A stretch of DNA of 62,907 nt, filler included, from Octopus bimaculoides (Eukaryota), in assembly GCF_001194135.2 (NCBI RefSeq). It is 5 parts of 5 records of this genome, joined end to end, with 100 filler letters (N's around TTAATTAATTAA, not from the genome) between each part and the next. Parts side by side here need not be neighbours in the genome. Positions count along the whole stretch, not along the records: positions 1 to 25,216 come from NC_069001.1; positions 25,317 to 45,843 come from NC_068983.1; 3 more parts are not named here. One strand, given 5' to 3'. Of the stretch, positions 13,738 through 27,414 are shown piece by piece. The notes beneath the pieces were generated by a model that had not been told where the DNA came from, searched no databases, and saw only the letters and a program-made list of their open reading frames with translations. Each line of letters starts with the position of its first letter. Positions within the stretch are counted from its first letter, which is position 1. The position numbers and the translations under genes are program-made.

Positions 13738-14712
13738 TTGTCAGCATAGGGTACCACACAGTGGGAGTGAACCAGAAACCAGGTGATTGCAAAGCAAACT
13801 TGTTAACCATCAGTTGTATATTCAACCAATAGCTGGATTTATTCCTTATACCCAAATCCTATTTAAATGTTTATGCCATCAAACCGAAATTTTTCGACCC
13901 ATACGGTCAGCCATACACAGAAAGACACACAGAAAGAAACAGCACTCTTCGAAATGGTTGTTCTTCCATTTCACTAACTGGATCAGTTACACGCAGATAA
14001 TGAAGTGGAACCCCTCTTTCCTTTCCACTTAATATAAAAAAAAAAAAGGGATGAGAAATGATCACATTCAAATTCACAAGCTGTCTTCGGTCCTTACATT
14101 CAAATGTTTATGCAATTAGACTTCAAACACTTTACACCTGCTATGCAGAAGTCAATTAAGGTATCACAACTCTTATTTGACGGAGCATGATTCCATGGAC
14201 TTCACTTAAGCAGTCCATTAGTTTCAATAAAACTTCCCCTTGATGTGTCGAATATTTGGTTTTATTAAAAACTATGAATAACTGATGTTGCCGCAACAGT
14301 GACGAACCCTGATGTTTAACCTCAAACTTGTACCTTGTCAATGCAATTATGNNNNNNNNNNNNNNNNNNNNNNNNNNNNNNNNNNNNNNNNNNNNNNNNN
14401 NNNNNNNNNNNNNNNNNNNNNNNNNNNNNNNNNNNNNNNNNNNNNNNNNNNNNNNNNNNNNNNNNNNNNNNNNNNNNNNNNNNNNNNNNNNNNNNNNNNN
14501 NNNNNNNNNNNNNNNNNNNNNNNNNNNNNNNNNNNNNNNNNNNNNNNNNNNNNNNNNNNNNNNNNNNNNNNNNNNNNNNNNNNNNNNNNNNNNNNNNNNN
14601 NNNNNNNNNNNNNNNNNNNNNNNNNNNNNNNNNNNNNNNNNNNNNNNNNNNNNNNNNNNNNNNNNNNNNNNNNNNNNNNNNNNNNNNNNNNNNNNNNNNN
14701 NNNNNNNNNNNN

Positions 14713-14946
14713 NTCCATTCTCACCACATGTCCATACCAGCGCAATCGTCTCTCTTGCACGCCACAACTGATGCTTCTAATGTTCAGCTTTTCTCTCAAG
14801 ATACTTACACTCTGACGGGTATTCACATTGACATTACACATCCAACGGAGCATACTGGCTTCATTCCTTGCGAGCTTACGTATGTCCTCAGCAGTTACAG
14901 CCCATGTTTCACTGCCATGTAGCATGGTTGTTCGTACGCATGCGTC
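14713..14946 (-). mobile_element. RTE LINE ORF2 C-terminal fragment running into a gap
   Basis: MLHGSETWAVTAEDIRKLARNEASMLRWMCNV...RRLRWYGHVVRM; GSETW and RLRWYGHV are RTE hallmarks. Confidence 0.9.
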
Positions 14947-15129
14947 GATGATGTTATTCTACTAAATTCTTCATTATTTTACAAACCAAGTGAAACAAAG
15001 GCCCTTTATTCCAACAAAAAAAAGGGGCGGGGGGAACAAAAGGGTTAAATTGTAATTTTTCTTACATTTTTATAATTCCCTTTATTATTTGTTTTAGTCA
15101 CAATTCTGCAGTCACTGCAGAGAAGAATT

Positions 15130-15445
15130 TTGGTAGACCACATCAATGCCAGGACTGACTTTCATTTTAAGCCTAGTAATTATTCTATCAATCTCTAGCT
15201 GAACTGCTATGCTATGTGGATATAAACAGACCAACACTGGTTGCCAAGCAGTAGCAGGTGACAAGCACAGACAGAAAGACGCACACAGACACAGACACAG
15301 ACACACGTACGACAGGCTTCATTCAGTTTCCATCTACAAAATCCATTCACAAGGCTTTGGTCACCCAGATGCTATATAGTAGAAGACCGTTGTGCAAAGT
15401 GCCACACAGCGGGACTGAACCCAGAATCATGTGATTGGGAAGCAA
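15130..15445 (-). mobile_element. SINE family B
   Basis: GGCTTCATTCAGTTTCCATCTACAAAATCCATTCACAAGGCTTTGG...GGGACTGAACCCAGAATCATGTG matches 9421-9817. Confidence 0.75.
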
Positions 15446-15841
15446 TTACTACCCTTACTGATTGTAACCCAGTGGCTGCATATTCGAAACACTGTTGTAC
15501 CCTTGACATAACTTCTCTAGCAGGATCAGCATCAGAGTGACCAAGGGGTTGGCCCTTTGAATAATGAATACACCTTAGCTTGTTCTGGTGGACTTTCTGA
15601 AGTTCTGTCTACCAAGTTTCACTCAAAAGGCTTGTACAGACCCAGGCTCTGCTGGTAATCAGAGTGGGGTTGAACAAGAGATCTTGTGATTGCAAAGTTA
15701 ACTTCTAAATACGCAGTCATACCTGCATCCATTCACACATACACACACACACACATATATACACAACATATATATATACACACATACATACATACACACA
15801 TATATATACACCTATATACATGTGTAATATGTATGAGTGTG

Positions 15842-15978
<137 letters not shown>

Positions 15979-16303
15979 ACACACACATACATACACATAT
16001 GCATGTGCATATGTATACATACATACATGCATATGCCTTCACCTGTACCTAAATACACACACACAAACACATATACATGTATGCACATACACACATACAT
16101 ACATAAATATAAACAGACACACACACATATATAGATACATACACACATACATACATGCAAACAAGATCAAATGATAAAAGAATACTGTGTAAAAAAAAAT
16201 AATAAAATTACTGTAAAATATAACAAAACAAATAAGAAGTTTCATGAACAATTTTGAGTTATTTATCCTGTGAGTTCAAATCTATCGATTAGCATATCGT
16301 TTA

Positions 16304-16363
<60 letters not shown>

Positions 16364-16941
16364 CGATGAAATAACAAAAATAAGATTCAAATGTCTAACA
16401 TCGAATTTAAACGAATATTTTCTTCAACAGATATAAATTTTTTCCACTAGAATACATTTGTATTTATCTAAAGTAAATATATAACTTAAACATTATGTAT
16501 ATACACACACACATACACCTCCATACATAATAGCATATATATATATATATATATACATACATATATAAATACACATACATATACCAGCATGGAAAATAGA
16601 CTTTAAATTATATATACACACACAAACATACAATCACAACATGAAGCAGATTCTAAGAAAATATATGTCGAGAAGAATCTAAAAATATTCTTCAATGAAG
16701 CAAATGGAAAAGAGTCTAAAGTAGAGTTTTTTAATGTCGTCTGCCATGCTGATGGGGGTAGATAATAATAATTCTGAGCAGTCTGGTTGTTTTGTCTTGG
16801 GTTTGACGGGTGGTGGATTAGTTGGACATGAAGGACTTATTTTTTATAACTTTTTCTGCTTCCTATAATTACCCATCACCTTTACAAATCAATGAGTTTA
16901 TATCATTTACAGCAAATACTATTATTCCTGTTATATGGTGC

Positions 16942-16976
<35 letters not shown>

Positions 16977-17151
16977 CACACACATACATATATACATAAT
17001 GTACATATATATATATATATTTACACGCACATACATATATACATAATGTACATATATATATATACATATGCATACATACATACATATATATATGCACACA
17101 CACAGGATACATATACATAATACACATATATATATATACAGTATATATTTT

Positions 17152-17193
<42 letters not shown>

Positions 17194-17567
17194 CACACAC
17201 ACACATACACACACACTATATGTATACATATGTATACACAGTATATATGTACATACATACATACATACATACACAGTATATAATATACACATACATATAC
17301 ACACACAGTATTTGTATACATATGTATACACAGTATACAATATACATATACATATATATATACACACACAGTATTTGTATACATATGTATACACGGTATA
17401 TAATATACATATATACATATACACATATATACACACACACATATTTTACATGTATATATATATATTGCAAAACCTTTTGACCTCATCATAAAATTTTTCT
17501 GCATACGTGACTAAAAACTTTATGTAGATTTTACAGCATGAGTTTTTTAATATAACACACATGCACA

Positions 17568-17629
<62 letters not shown>

Positions 17630-17914
17630 CACACATGCACACCTATACAGTACGGTACTGAATTAGTTTTTATTTCACTATTAAATAGCATGCTTTTCAT
17701 AACGTCATTTATCAAAGTCGATGCTCATATCCATTATGAATGATATAAAAACCTGTTTATCTTCATGATGACTACAGTTAATTTTATTGCAGACAGCTCT
17801 GATAAAATGCTTACTCAGCCTAGCTGGGATACCGTAGCAGATATTACCTTGCTGTATTATGCTTCGGAAGATCTCTTGCAATACAATTCCATTCACAGTT
17901 AAGATGATTCAACG

Positions 17915-18215
17915 TAGTGGTTCTCAAATCTTTCCAGGGTGCCACACCCTTGGTGCCCTGGCAACATTCCTAGCCTTACCTCCTCCCCACTCACCACCAC
18001 AAACACAGACCATTTTCTGCAGAAAATTCAAAAGAACAATATTTCACAAATAAAACTTAACCTAACTAACTTGTTATTTTGTTGTTTTTACATCCATTAC
18101 CCTCTTTTGGTCATCCCATTATCACGCCACTTTTCTGCGATGCCCACCCTCCTCATGGATCTTTGCACCACCACCAGGTGAGGTGGGGCAGTACTGTCCA
18201 CTTTGGGAAGCACTG
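17915..18215. mobile_element. hAT MITE
   Basis: TAGTGGTTCTCAAA / TTTGGGAAGCACTG termini; degenerate 8-bp flanks (5/8). Confidence 0.7.
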
Positions 18216-18217
18216 GT

Positions 18218-18800
18218 TTAACCCTTCAGCATTCAGATTACTCTGTCAAATGTAATGCATTTTTATTCATCATCTTTTAAACTGATCGTTCGCTATCTTG
18301 TATAAACTGTTTATATAAACAATCTTATATAAACATTCACTATCTTATATAAACACTCAATCTGATTATTTATAAAATGACATGGTAAGGCAAGGCAACA
18401 GAAACCAAATCTGGGCAGCTTGAACACAAAACAGTTCAAATATTCTGGGCCAGATATGGCTGGTTTAAATGCTAAAGACTTAAAGAATATTAACCCTTTA
18501 ACATTTAAATTACTCTATCAAACGTTAGGCTTATTTATCCATCTCCTTTTAAATTGGTCATTCACTATCTTGTATAAATTGCATCTTATATAGACAATCT
18601 TCAATAAACATTCACTACCTTATTATATAAACACTCAATGTGATTGTTTATTTATAAAATGACATTGTAGGGTAAGGTTAGAGAGGCCAAATTTGGGCAG
18701 TTTGAACAAAAAAACAGTTCAAATATTCTGGCCTTTAGCATTCCTGTCAAATGTTATGCTCCTTTATTCACATTGGTTAGAATTAATCATGCATGATCTT
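18218..18800. mobile_element. Tandem piggyBac-like MITEs (2 copies plus a partial)
   Basis: TTAA-CCCTTCAGCATT ... AATGCTAAAGAC-TTAA (18222-18479); second copy starts TTAA-CCCTTTAACATT at 18494; same family as 52095-52314. Confidence 0.7.
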
Positions 18801-18899
18801 GGAACTCTGACATCTCATCGATCTGCTTATTAGTGAACAGTCAATGGCGTTGAAGAGCCTAAAGGTTAAAGTTTTGGGGAAAAACTTTACTGATGTGGA

Positions 18900-19630
18900 G
18901 GACTGAATATTGAAAAAGAGTTTGCCTGTGTCATGACGATTCCTGCCAGGTGTCAAAATACCCACATCATGACTGCTGTTCAATGCTTTGTGAAAATTGT
19001 AAAAGCTGCAAGAGGCAATGTGGACATCATGAAAACCAAGTTCCACCAAACTGTGATGGTCTTTCGGTGTGTCTCCAGTGAGGGAGACATCATTCCACCC
19101 CTCATCTTTGAACAGGACCTTAAGCTAGAGACTATGGTCAAATCCTGGCTGGAGATGGTTGCTTCTGGAAGGCCATATGTGTGGCAGTAGGATTTGCTTC
19201 CTTTCCATACCTCCAGAAAGAGTCAGAAGTGGTTGTCAGAGAATTTCTACGATTTCACCAGCCCAAATTTCTAGCTCCCTAATTCTCCCTATTTTAATTC
19301 CATGGATTACTATGTGTTGGGGACACAGTTGAGAAAGACACCAACTGCTTTGCTTGCAACACCAAGGCTGAGCTGGTGGCCAAGATCAATGAAGTAATCT
19401 AAGATTTTCCCAGGGACACAATGAGGAATGCATGCACCAGGTTCCAGAGCTGTCTTGGAGTCATGGTGAAAACTGTGATAGAAGCTCTTTTGAGGAATCT
19501 TTTATATCTCAACCATAATTAATGGAATCAATATTCTTTGATTTTTTTAAAATACTTTTATTTTTGGATGGTATATTGCTCATTCGTTTCCTTGTATGCA
19601 AGCTGTCAAATTTAGCCCAAACATTCTGTA
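18900..19630 (+). mobile_element. Internally deleted, decayed maT (DD37D) Tc1/mariner element
   Basis: KTKFHQTVMVFRCVSSEGD...GRPYVWQ*D-x37-D (PNSPYFNSMDYY); I counted 37 residues between the last two Asp. Confidence 0.85.
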
Positions 19631-20143
19631 TACATATGTGTGAGAGTATATATATATATGTACATACACACACATGTATATCAATGTGTGTGTGTGTGAA
19701 CTGCAATCAGACAAAAAAAATGATGATGATGCTGTTACATAATTTTGACAAGAATGGTTCAAGGCAAACTATTTCATTGATTAAATAAGAAATTAATTAG
19801 TTAATTACTGTATAGATTTACCTAAATTCATACATACAAGCCGATGTATAGTGATGAAATGATTCCTCTAGCCATTTGTAATGATCATCTTCTATGCAAT
19901 AATAAAGAATACTACTTATTAATTAGCTATGCGTATGTCACTTTTACTAAATTAAAAGCAATTAATGAAGTCTACACTATCAAGAAAATTTATCAATTCC
20001 AATTTTAATATATTTTTATCAAAATATGCTTTTCTAATTTCTTGTATTATTAAAGATCTCAATTACATGCTTCAATCAGAAATTTTTATTCACTATTTCT
20101 AACACTTAATGTTTGTATCCATTTTCTTCTACTGATTCCCTGC

Positions 20144-20187
<44 letters not shown>

Positions 20188-20197
20188 NNNNNNNNNN

Positions 20198-20238
<41 letters not shown>

Positions 20239-20600
20239 TTTTCTTTGCTTACAGCCTTTATTTCTCTTTGTCTATATATCTTTTTTTATTCTTGTAACTT
20301 CTTCTCTCTCACTTTTATCCTCATTATCTTATTTTCTTTCAAGGTTTTTGTCACTTCAGACTTTGTCCCTCCTCTTTCTCACAAGCTTCATTTGTCACCC
20401 TTCCCCTGTTATTTTATTTCACAATTTTCGTCTTTCCCCAGCACACTGTTACTTTCATTCTCTGTCCTTGCAGCATACACACACACACTCTTTCTCTCTC
20501 TCTCTGACATGCTTTCCACAAAAAAAAAAAAATGATTACACAGATTTTCTTTGAGATACTTCAGGAATATTTGAGAAAATGTTTTCTCTTATATATACAA

Positions 20601-20780
20601 GGGCAGGCATGGCAGTGTTGCAAAGAAGTTTGCTTCCCAACCTCATGGTTCCAGGTTCAGTCCCACTGAGGGGATCCTTGGGCAAGGGTCTTGACATGTA
20701 TGTGGGTGTGTTCACCACTACTACTTAACAACCGGTGTATGTGTATTTATGTCCTTGTAACTTAGCTGTTTGGTTGCTGG
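20601..20780 (+). mobile_element. SINE family B, 5' part
   Basis: GCAGGCATGGCAGTGTTG...GGTTCAGTCCCACTG...CCTTGGGCAAG. Confidence 0.65.
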
Positions 20781-20855
20781 CAGAAACTCCACCCTCAAGG
20801 TGTTTCTGTCATGTTTACTTGTATGAAACTGCTGTGGAGTACATAACAGAGAATA

Positions 20856-20886
<31 letters not shown>

Positions 20887-21836
20887 TATATATTTTATAT
20901 ATATAGGAGTAAAGGTAAGGACAAGTAAGTTAGGCGAGTCAGTATACAAAAGTCAAGATACAAACATGGCATACACTGGCAGAAACAACAGCTGGAGGGT
21001 GGAGTTTGTCAGCAACCTTGAATAAAATTATGCAACAACACAGTCTTCATTTTTCAGTTTGCTATTATAATCTATTGTGAAAGTGCCGACCAATTGATTA
21101 GTGAATCTCCTTGGATTTACACTTTGTATGGAATGCCCAGTGGATTTCACCTATATGGATTCAGATGCTCTTCACTTGACATTTTCTTAACCAGATATTT
21201 ATGCATGGAATGCTGACTGAGGAGGTATTTGCCGAGATTACTTCAATCTCTACTTTCTATCACTCTCGCTTGTTCGCTCGCTCACCCATTCACTCATTGA
21301 TATATATCATCATCATTTAACATCTGCCTTAAACGATGATGATATAAATAATACATATATAAATAATACATATATNNNNNNNNNNNNNNNNNNNNNNNNN
21401 NNNNNNNNNNNNNNNNNNNNNNNNNNNNNNNNNNNNNNNNNNNNNNNNNNNNNNNNNNNNNNNNNNNNNNNNNNNNNNNNNNNNNNNNNNNNNNNNNNNN
21501 NNNNNNNNNNNNNNNNNNNNNNNNNNNNNNNNNNNNNNNNNNNNNNNNNNNNNNNNNNNNNNNNNNNNNNNNNNNNNNNNNNNNNNNNNNNNNNNNNNNN
21601 NNNNNNNNNNNNNNNNNNNNNNNNNNNNNNNNNNNNNNNNNNNNNNNNNNNNNNNNNNNNNNNNNNNNNNNNNNNNNNNNNNNNNNNNNNNNNNNNNNNN
21701 NNNNNNNNNNNNNNNNNNNNNNNNNNNNNNNNNNNNNNNNNNNNNNNNNNNNNNNNNNNNNNNNNTATTCTTGTAGATTCTATATATATATACTCACACA
21801 TACACACACATGTATGAATGTATATATGTATATATA

Positions 21837-21874
<38 letters not shown>

Positions 21875-22089
21875 TACTTTAAGTTCGTTCACAGGAAATG
21901 CTTTGAATATGCATATAAAAGCCCCTGGTCTATTATGCTGGTTACAGCCTAATGGTACCATCTGTCAATAATGGTATTTTGGAGTCACACCGAGCAGTGC
22001 CAATATAATGTAGGATAAATAGTAATAAAAATCATAAAAATTCATGTATGGAATTCTAAATATCATACATGGATTATTATTATTTTTAT

Positions 22090-22156
<67 letters not shown>

Positions 22157-23020
22157 GGGTGGGCCAAAAGTCACCCAGCAGTAAATTAAAATTCCATAAA
22201 TACTATCTGTAATTCTGAATTTAGCAGCATTTCATCTGTCTTTAGATTCTGAGTTCAAATTCAGCCAATGTTGATGAAATAAATACCAGCTGAACACTGG
22301 GGGATGATGTAATCAACTTACCCGCACCCCTGAAATTGCTGACCTTGTGGCAAAATTTGAAAGTATTATGGTGTACAATACAAGAAAAAAACTAACAGTG
22401 GAACTGAATGAAACTTAAACGAAGACAAAGATGATGACTGTCTTACAATCATGTACAAAAGCTTGTTGCTGCTACTGTTGTTGTTGTCATCTACTGGCAT
22501 ATGATTTAGGTCCATCAAGTAGTTTGTTTACTAACTACTTCTAAATGTCGATACTTTCTCCACTCATTCTCTCTCTCTCTCTCTCCATCCCTTCCATCAT
22601 CCTCCCTGGAATATTAATATTTCACACACACACACACACACACACATAACAAAAGGACTGATTATTCTGTAGCAAATCAAATTATGATATTGAAATGTCA
22701 CCCACTTGGTTCTTTGCAGAAATGGTTACTAGTGAGGTGAAAGTAATTTTCACAATACAGTTTCCACATAAACAAGACAGCCCAGTAATGGCCGGAAAGC
22801 CTTTATAATCATAGATACAATCAATTAGGATTGAACTGAATGACAAAGGAGGACACATTAGATAATGTAGTCCAAGCTATACCATCAATAACCACCTTTT
22901 TATGTTTGCATTGTCTTCCTTCTTTGATTTCCTTTATAAACACTGAATCACCAAGGTTAACTCAGACATCACATGCATGTATGTATAAATGTAATATACG
23001 CATGTATGTGTGTAGATAAG

Positions 23021-23363
23021 TAAAAGACCCCTTTCAGTCATGAATGACCATGGGACTGCATCTAGAAAGTTACCCTTCAAGGCACAAGTCCGGGCAAGGT
23101 TGTTTTATGGAAGACAAGCAGTCACCCATGCATACCAGCCTGCCCTCTCCACGCCACCAATGTTATCAAAGGGAAAGGCAAAAATGGCCGATACAGCTTG
23201 GCACCTGTGACATCACAACTCATTTCTACAGCTGAGGGAACTGGAGCAATGTGAAATAAAGTGTTTTGCTCGAGAAAACAACACACAGCCTGGTTTGGGA
23301 ACTGAACTCACTACCTCAAGATTGTAAACATGACACACTAACCACTGAGTCATGCACCTTCAC
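23021..23363 (-). mobile_element. SINE family D
   Basis: Minus head GTGAAGGTGCATGACTCAGTGGTTAG...AGTTCAGTTCCCAAACCAGG. Confidence 0.6.
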
Positions 23364-23609
23364 TGTAGATAAGTACATGTATGTATAAATACAGTTTGCT
23401 ATATTTCTGAAGATGAAGGCATATACAGAAATGTCTGCATCAGACGGAGTTATTGCCAACAATCTATTCCTACACACAGGTAAATGATATATTGTCATGA
23501 ATAAACACACCTGAACAGGTGAGGAAACAGTTTGCAACTGAGATTCCAGGAAAATAAATGGAAATATTCGCTGAATAAGAAAGATTAGTTAAAAAGATGT
23601 TGAGGAGTT

Positions 23610-23925
23610 TCAGCTACATGTAATACATGTGTAGAAGGAGAATGAGAGGGAGAGAGAGAGAGAGAAACTACACATTTCTAACACATATTTAAAGGGAATA
23701 TGAGAGTAACTATCACATGTAGTACATGTTTAAAAGGAGTATAAGAGGGTAAGTACCACATGTAATACATATTTAGAGAGAGTCTATAAAAGAGTAAATA
23801 CCGCATGTCTACTACATACTTAAAAGGAGTATAAAATAGGGTAAGTACTACATGCGTGATACATGTTTGAAGGGAGTATGAGGGAGAGTAACTATCACAT
23901 CTACTACATGTGTGGATGGAGTAGA
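23610..23925 (+). repeat. Degenerate minisatellite, about 43 bp x 7
   Basis: Consensus about GAGTAACTACCACATGTAATACATGTTTAAAAGGAGTATAA. Confidence 0.75.
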
Positions 23926-25512
23926 AAACTCCACTCCAATAGACTTTTGTCTGACCTATGCAAGCATGGACAAGTGAACATTAAACAATGGTGATATGGG
24001 ACGACCTAGATGAGACTATGATGATATACATGTGGTTGTAAATGAGCATCACCATCATACAAGCAGTGTTGTTCATTTCTAGTCCTCAGTGAAAGACATG
24101 TGTTACAATGGGGAAAATGTTAACTTGCTTGGAAACTGGTGATGTTTGGTGACAGAGAAGGGCATCAAGCCACAGAAAAGCCACTCAATGATTCCATCTG
24201 ACTCATGCAAGCACAGAAAAGAGGACATTACAAAGAGTACGATGACGATGACGAAAAAGATGGTATATACTTGTGCTTGTTTGCGTGTGTGTGTGTGAAG
24301 GAGAGAAGTGTAGAGAGGATTAAGTAGAAAGATAAAGGAATCAGCTTTAAGATGCTTGATAAATACTTGCTTTGATATATTGATATATTTAGAGTAAGAA
24401 ACCGTCAATTGTTTGCTGACCTCAACTAAGTAACAGTGGATGGCGTGTGATATCTATGCTGTCTCCTGTCCTGTCCTCTTCTTTCTCCAATACATTAGCA
24501 ACACAACAGAAGGAAATTAGCAACCACCAAGAATTAAAGCTAATTTGTAGATTCAACAAAGCAAGGAGGCACACTGCTTATTGTGTCGAGCTGGATGGAC
24601 CAGCTCGATATATAGATGGATTGGGGAATGGGTAGGTTAATAAATGGATAGGGAGATGAATGGATGGATGGAGGGAGGGAGGTAGGCGGAGAGTGAGTTA
24701 TAACGATTGTCAAGATAAATAATTGGGTAAACATCATCATTTTAGCATCCATCTTTTCATGGTAGCCTGGTTCAGGACACATGGTGTGATGTGCTGGGTC
24801 AGAAGTGATATATCAACAGATAGTCTTGTGTGTATGTGTGTGTGTGTGTGTGTAGCTAAAATGTCATATACTTTATACGTGTGAGTGTATGAATCTCATA
24901 TACATATTTATATATATATATATATATAAGTCAGTAAATAGTGGGGTTGTGTTAACCGCACGTGGAGAAATAATAGGAAACTGAAAAATAATAATAAGGC
25001 ACAATGCTAAACTGGAAGCATATTTTAATAAAGATTTCTAACCGGCTTTCATTGTGTAGCAAATTTTCAAGAAGAGGGAGAAAGAAAATGTTTTTTTACA
25101 AAGAAGTACAAAATGAAGAAAATAATATATAAAAAAATAATATATAAAAAAATAAATATACCAATACATTATATTGTTTTTGAGCTTTTAAAGTTCAATG
25201 GTAATTCATGTATATANNNNNNNNNNNNNNNNNNNNNNNNNNNNNNNNNNNNNNNNNNNNTTAATTAATTAANNNNNNNNNNNNNNNNNNNNNNNNNNNN
25301 NNNNNNNNNNNNNNNNGGGCAGCAACAAAAAACCTATTTGTATATGCTCCACAAGGGAAAACAAGGAACATAGTTTACAATGAGGTGTTATAATCACAAC
25401 AGCAAGAAAGTATGTACATGATCACCTTCTTTTACGAAACTTCATTGACTTTCATATATTTATATTGATATACATATATATACGTGTGTTTGGGTGCGTG
25501 TGTGTATATACA

Positions 25513-25602
25513 TCTCTATATATAAAGATGATGCGTAGTCTAGACGGCGTTTTTAGATTTCATTATTCTCTTTAACCCGGGCAACGCCGGGTATTTCTGC
25601 TA

Positions 25603-25603
<1 letters not shown>
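25513..25603 (+). mobile_element. Minimal non-autonomous Helitron (91 bp)
   Basis: A|TCTCTATATATAAAG 5' end; ACCCGG-GCAACG-CCGGGT hairpin (25575-25592); 3' CTAG|T; no TSD. Confidence 0.75.
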
Positions 25604-25639
<36 letters not shown>

Positions 25640-25826
25640 TATATTATATTATATTATATTATATTATGTAAACAGAGTTAGCGGTTATAGTAACCGGCTA
25701 AAGGATAAAATATCCGTATATACTATCGGTATCCGTTAGCTGTATTATCCCCGGGCATTGGTGTGCAGGCACACCCTACACGTAGAATGTAGATAACAAC
25801 AGGACAAACAAGAGTTTGTCAGGAAC

Positions 25827-26044
25827 TAATGCAAATAAGTAGAAAATGGAGAAAACCACAGATTAAGAAACACATCGATTGGACCACATGTATAGCTTAT
25901 TTTTTAATATAAAGCATGACATAACATAATAGGTGACGTAACATTGTTACGTCATGCTTTGTATTAAAAAATAAGTTATAAATGTGGTCCAATCGATGTG
26001 TTTCTTAATCTGTGGTTTTCTCCTTTTTCTAATTATTTGCATTA
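25827..26044. repeat. Foldback inverted repeat, arms about 95-100 bp
   Basis: GGAGAAAACCACAGATTAAGAAACACATCGATTGGACCACAT ... ATGTGGTCCAATCGATGTGTTTCTTAATCTGTGGTTTTCTCC. Confidence 0.9.
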
Positions 26045-26116
26045 TATATATATATATACACATATATATACACATACGCACCTACATATATATATATATA
26101 TTCACACACACACACG

Positions 26117-26158
<42 letters not shown>

Positions 26159-26368
26159 CACATATATGCGCACACATATACAGGTGCACATATATATATA
26201 CGCACACATAGATACATACGCACGCACACACACATATATATATATATACATACACACACATATATATGCGCACACACATATATATATATATACACACATA
26301 TATATCTATCCAAACACACATATACATATATACACACGCATATATATACACACACGTCTATGTGCATT

Positions 26369-26437
<69 letters not shown>

Positions 26438-26457
26438 TTATGCGTGTATGTGTGTGT

Positions 26458-26815
26458 ATCATCATCATCATCATCATTATCATCATCATTTAACGTCCGC
26501 CTTCCATGCTGGTACGGGTTGGACGGTTTGACAAGAGCTGGTCATGCAGAAGACTGCACCATACTTCTGTGTTTGCTTTGGCATGGTTTTTACAACTGGA
26601 TGCCCTTCCTAACGCCAACTACTCCGCAGAATGATCTGGGTGCTTTTTACGTGGCACCCGCACTGGCAGAATCACCAAGTAACTTTGCATGACAAGGGAT
26701 CTTTGAGAGGAGAGGGAGCAGCATTGGAGGAGGTGATCTTGTGTCAGATAATGAAAGGTTTGAATGTGACAGAGAGACCGAGGAACAGAAACAGGTGTCT
26801 TGCCATTGAGAAGAT
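26458..26815 (-). mobile_element. Diverged RTE LINE 3' UTR and tail
   Basis: (CAT)n-TTAACGTCCGCCTTCCATGCTGG...TGGATGCCCTTCCTAACGCCAAC, as in the young copies. Confidence 0.7.
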
Positions 26816-26832
26816 ACATGGTTACCCGACCG

Positions 26833-26863
<31 letters not shown>

Positions 26864-27133
26864 TGAGTGAGAGAGAGTGAGAGAGAGTGAGAGAGAGTGA
26901 GAGAGAGTGAGTGAGAGAGAGAGTATGTATGCGTATATGTATGTAAACATAAATGGCATTTAACATTTACGACAGCTGTTTCGGTAGAATATTATTAAGG
27001 ATTTCATAGATTCTAACGAATCCTTATAACCAAATCACGCACACGCGCACGCGCGCGTTTGTACATACGGATAGGTATATAAATATATGCATGTATGTGT
27101 ATCCACATGTATACAGATATAGGCATGCATGTA

Positions 27134-27166
<33 letters not shown>

Positions 27167-27367
27167 ATATATAGTTTTAGGGAAAAGAACCAAGGTTCAT
27201 GAACTTATCTATGAAAATCCACTGTCACATATAGAAAACTATATATCTATATATATATTTTATACTATATATTTATATATATTTTATACTGTGAAACTTA
27301 ATTTAATTTTAATTTTTAATAAATTGATTTTAATTGAGTTTTTACCTGTAATTTTGGATGTTATCCC

Positions 27368-27414
<47 letters not shown>

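Noticed and set aside
14156-14351. Open minus-strand frame left of the gap, joined to RTE in the ORF track
   Set aside because: No RTE or other recognisable motif; the join is through Ns.
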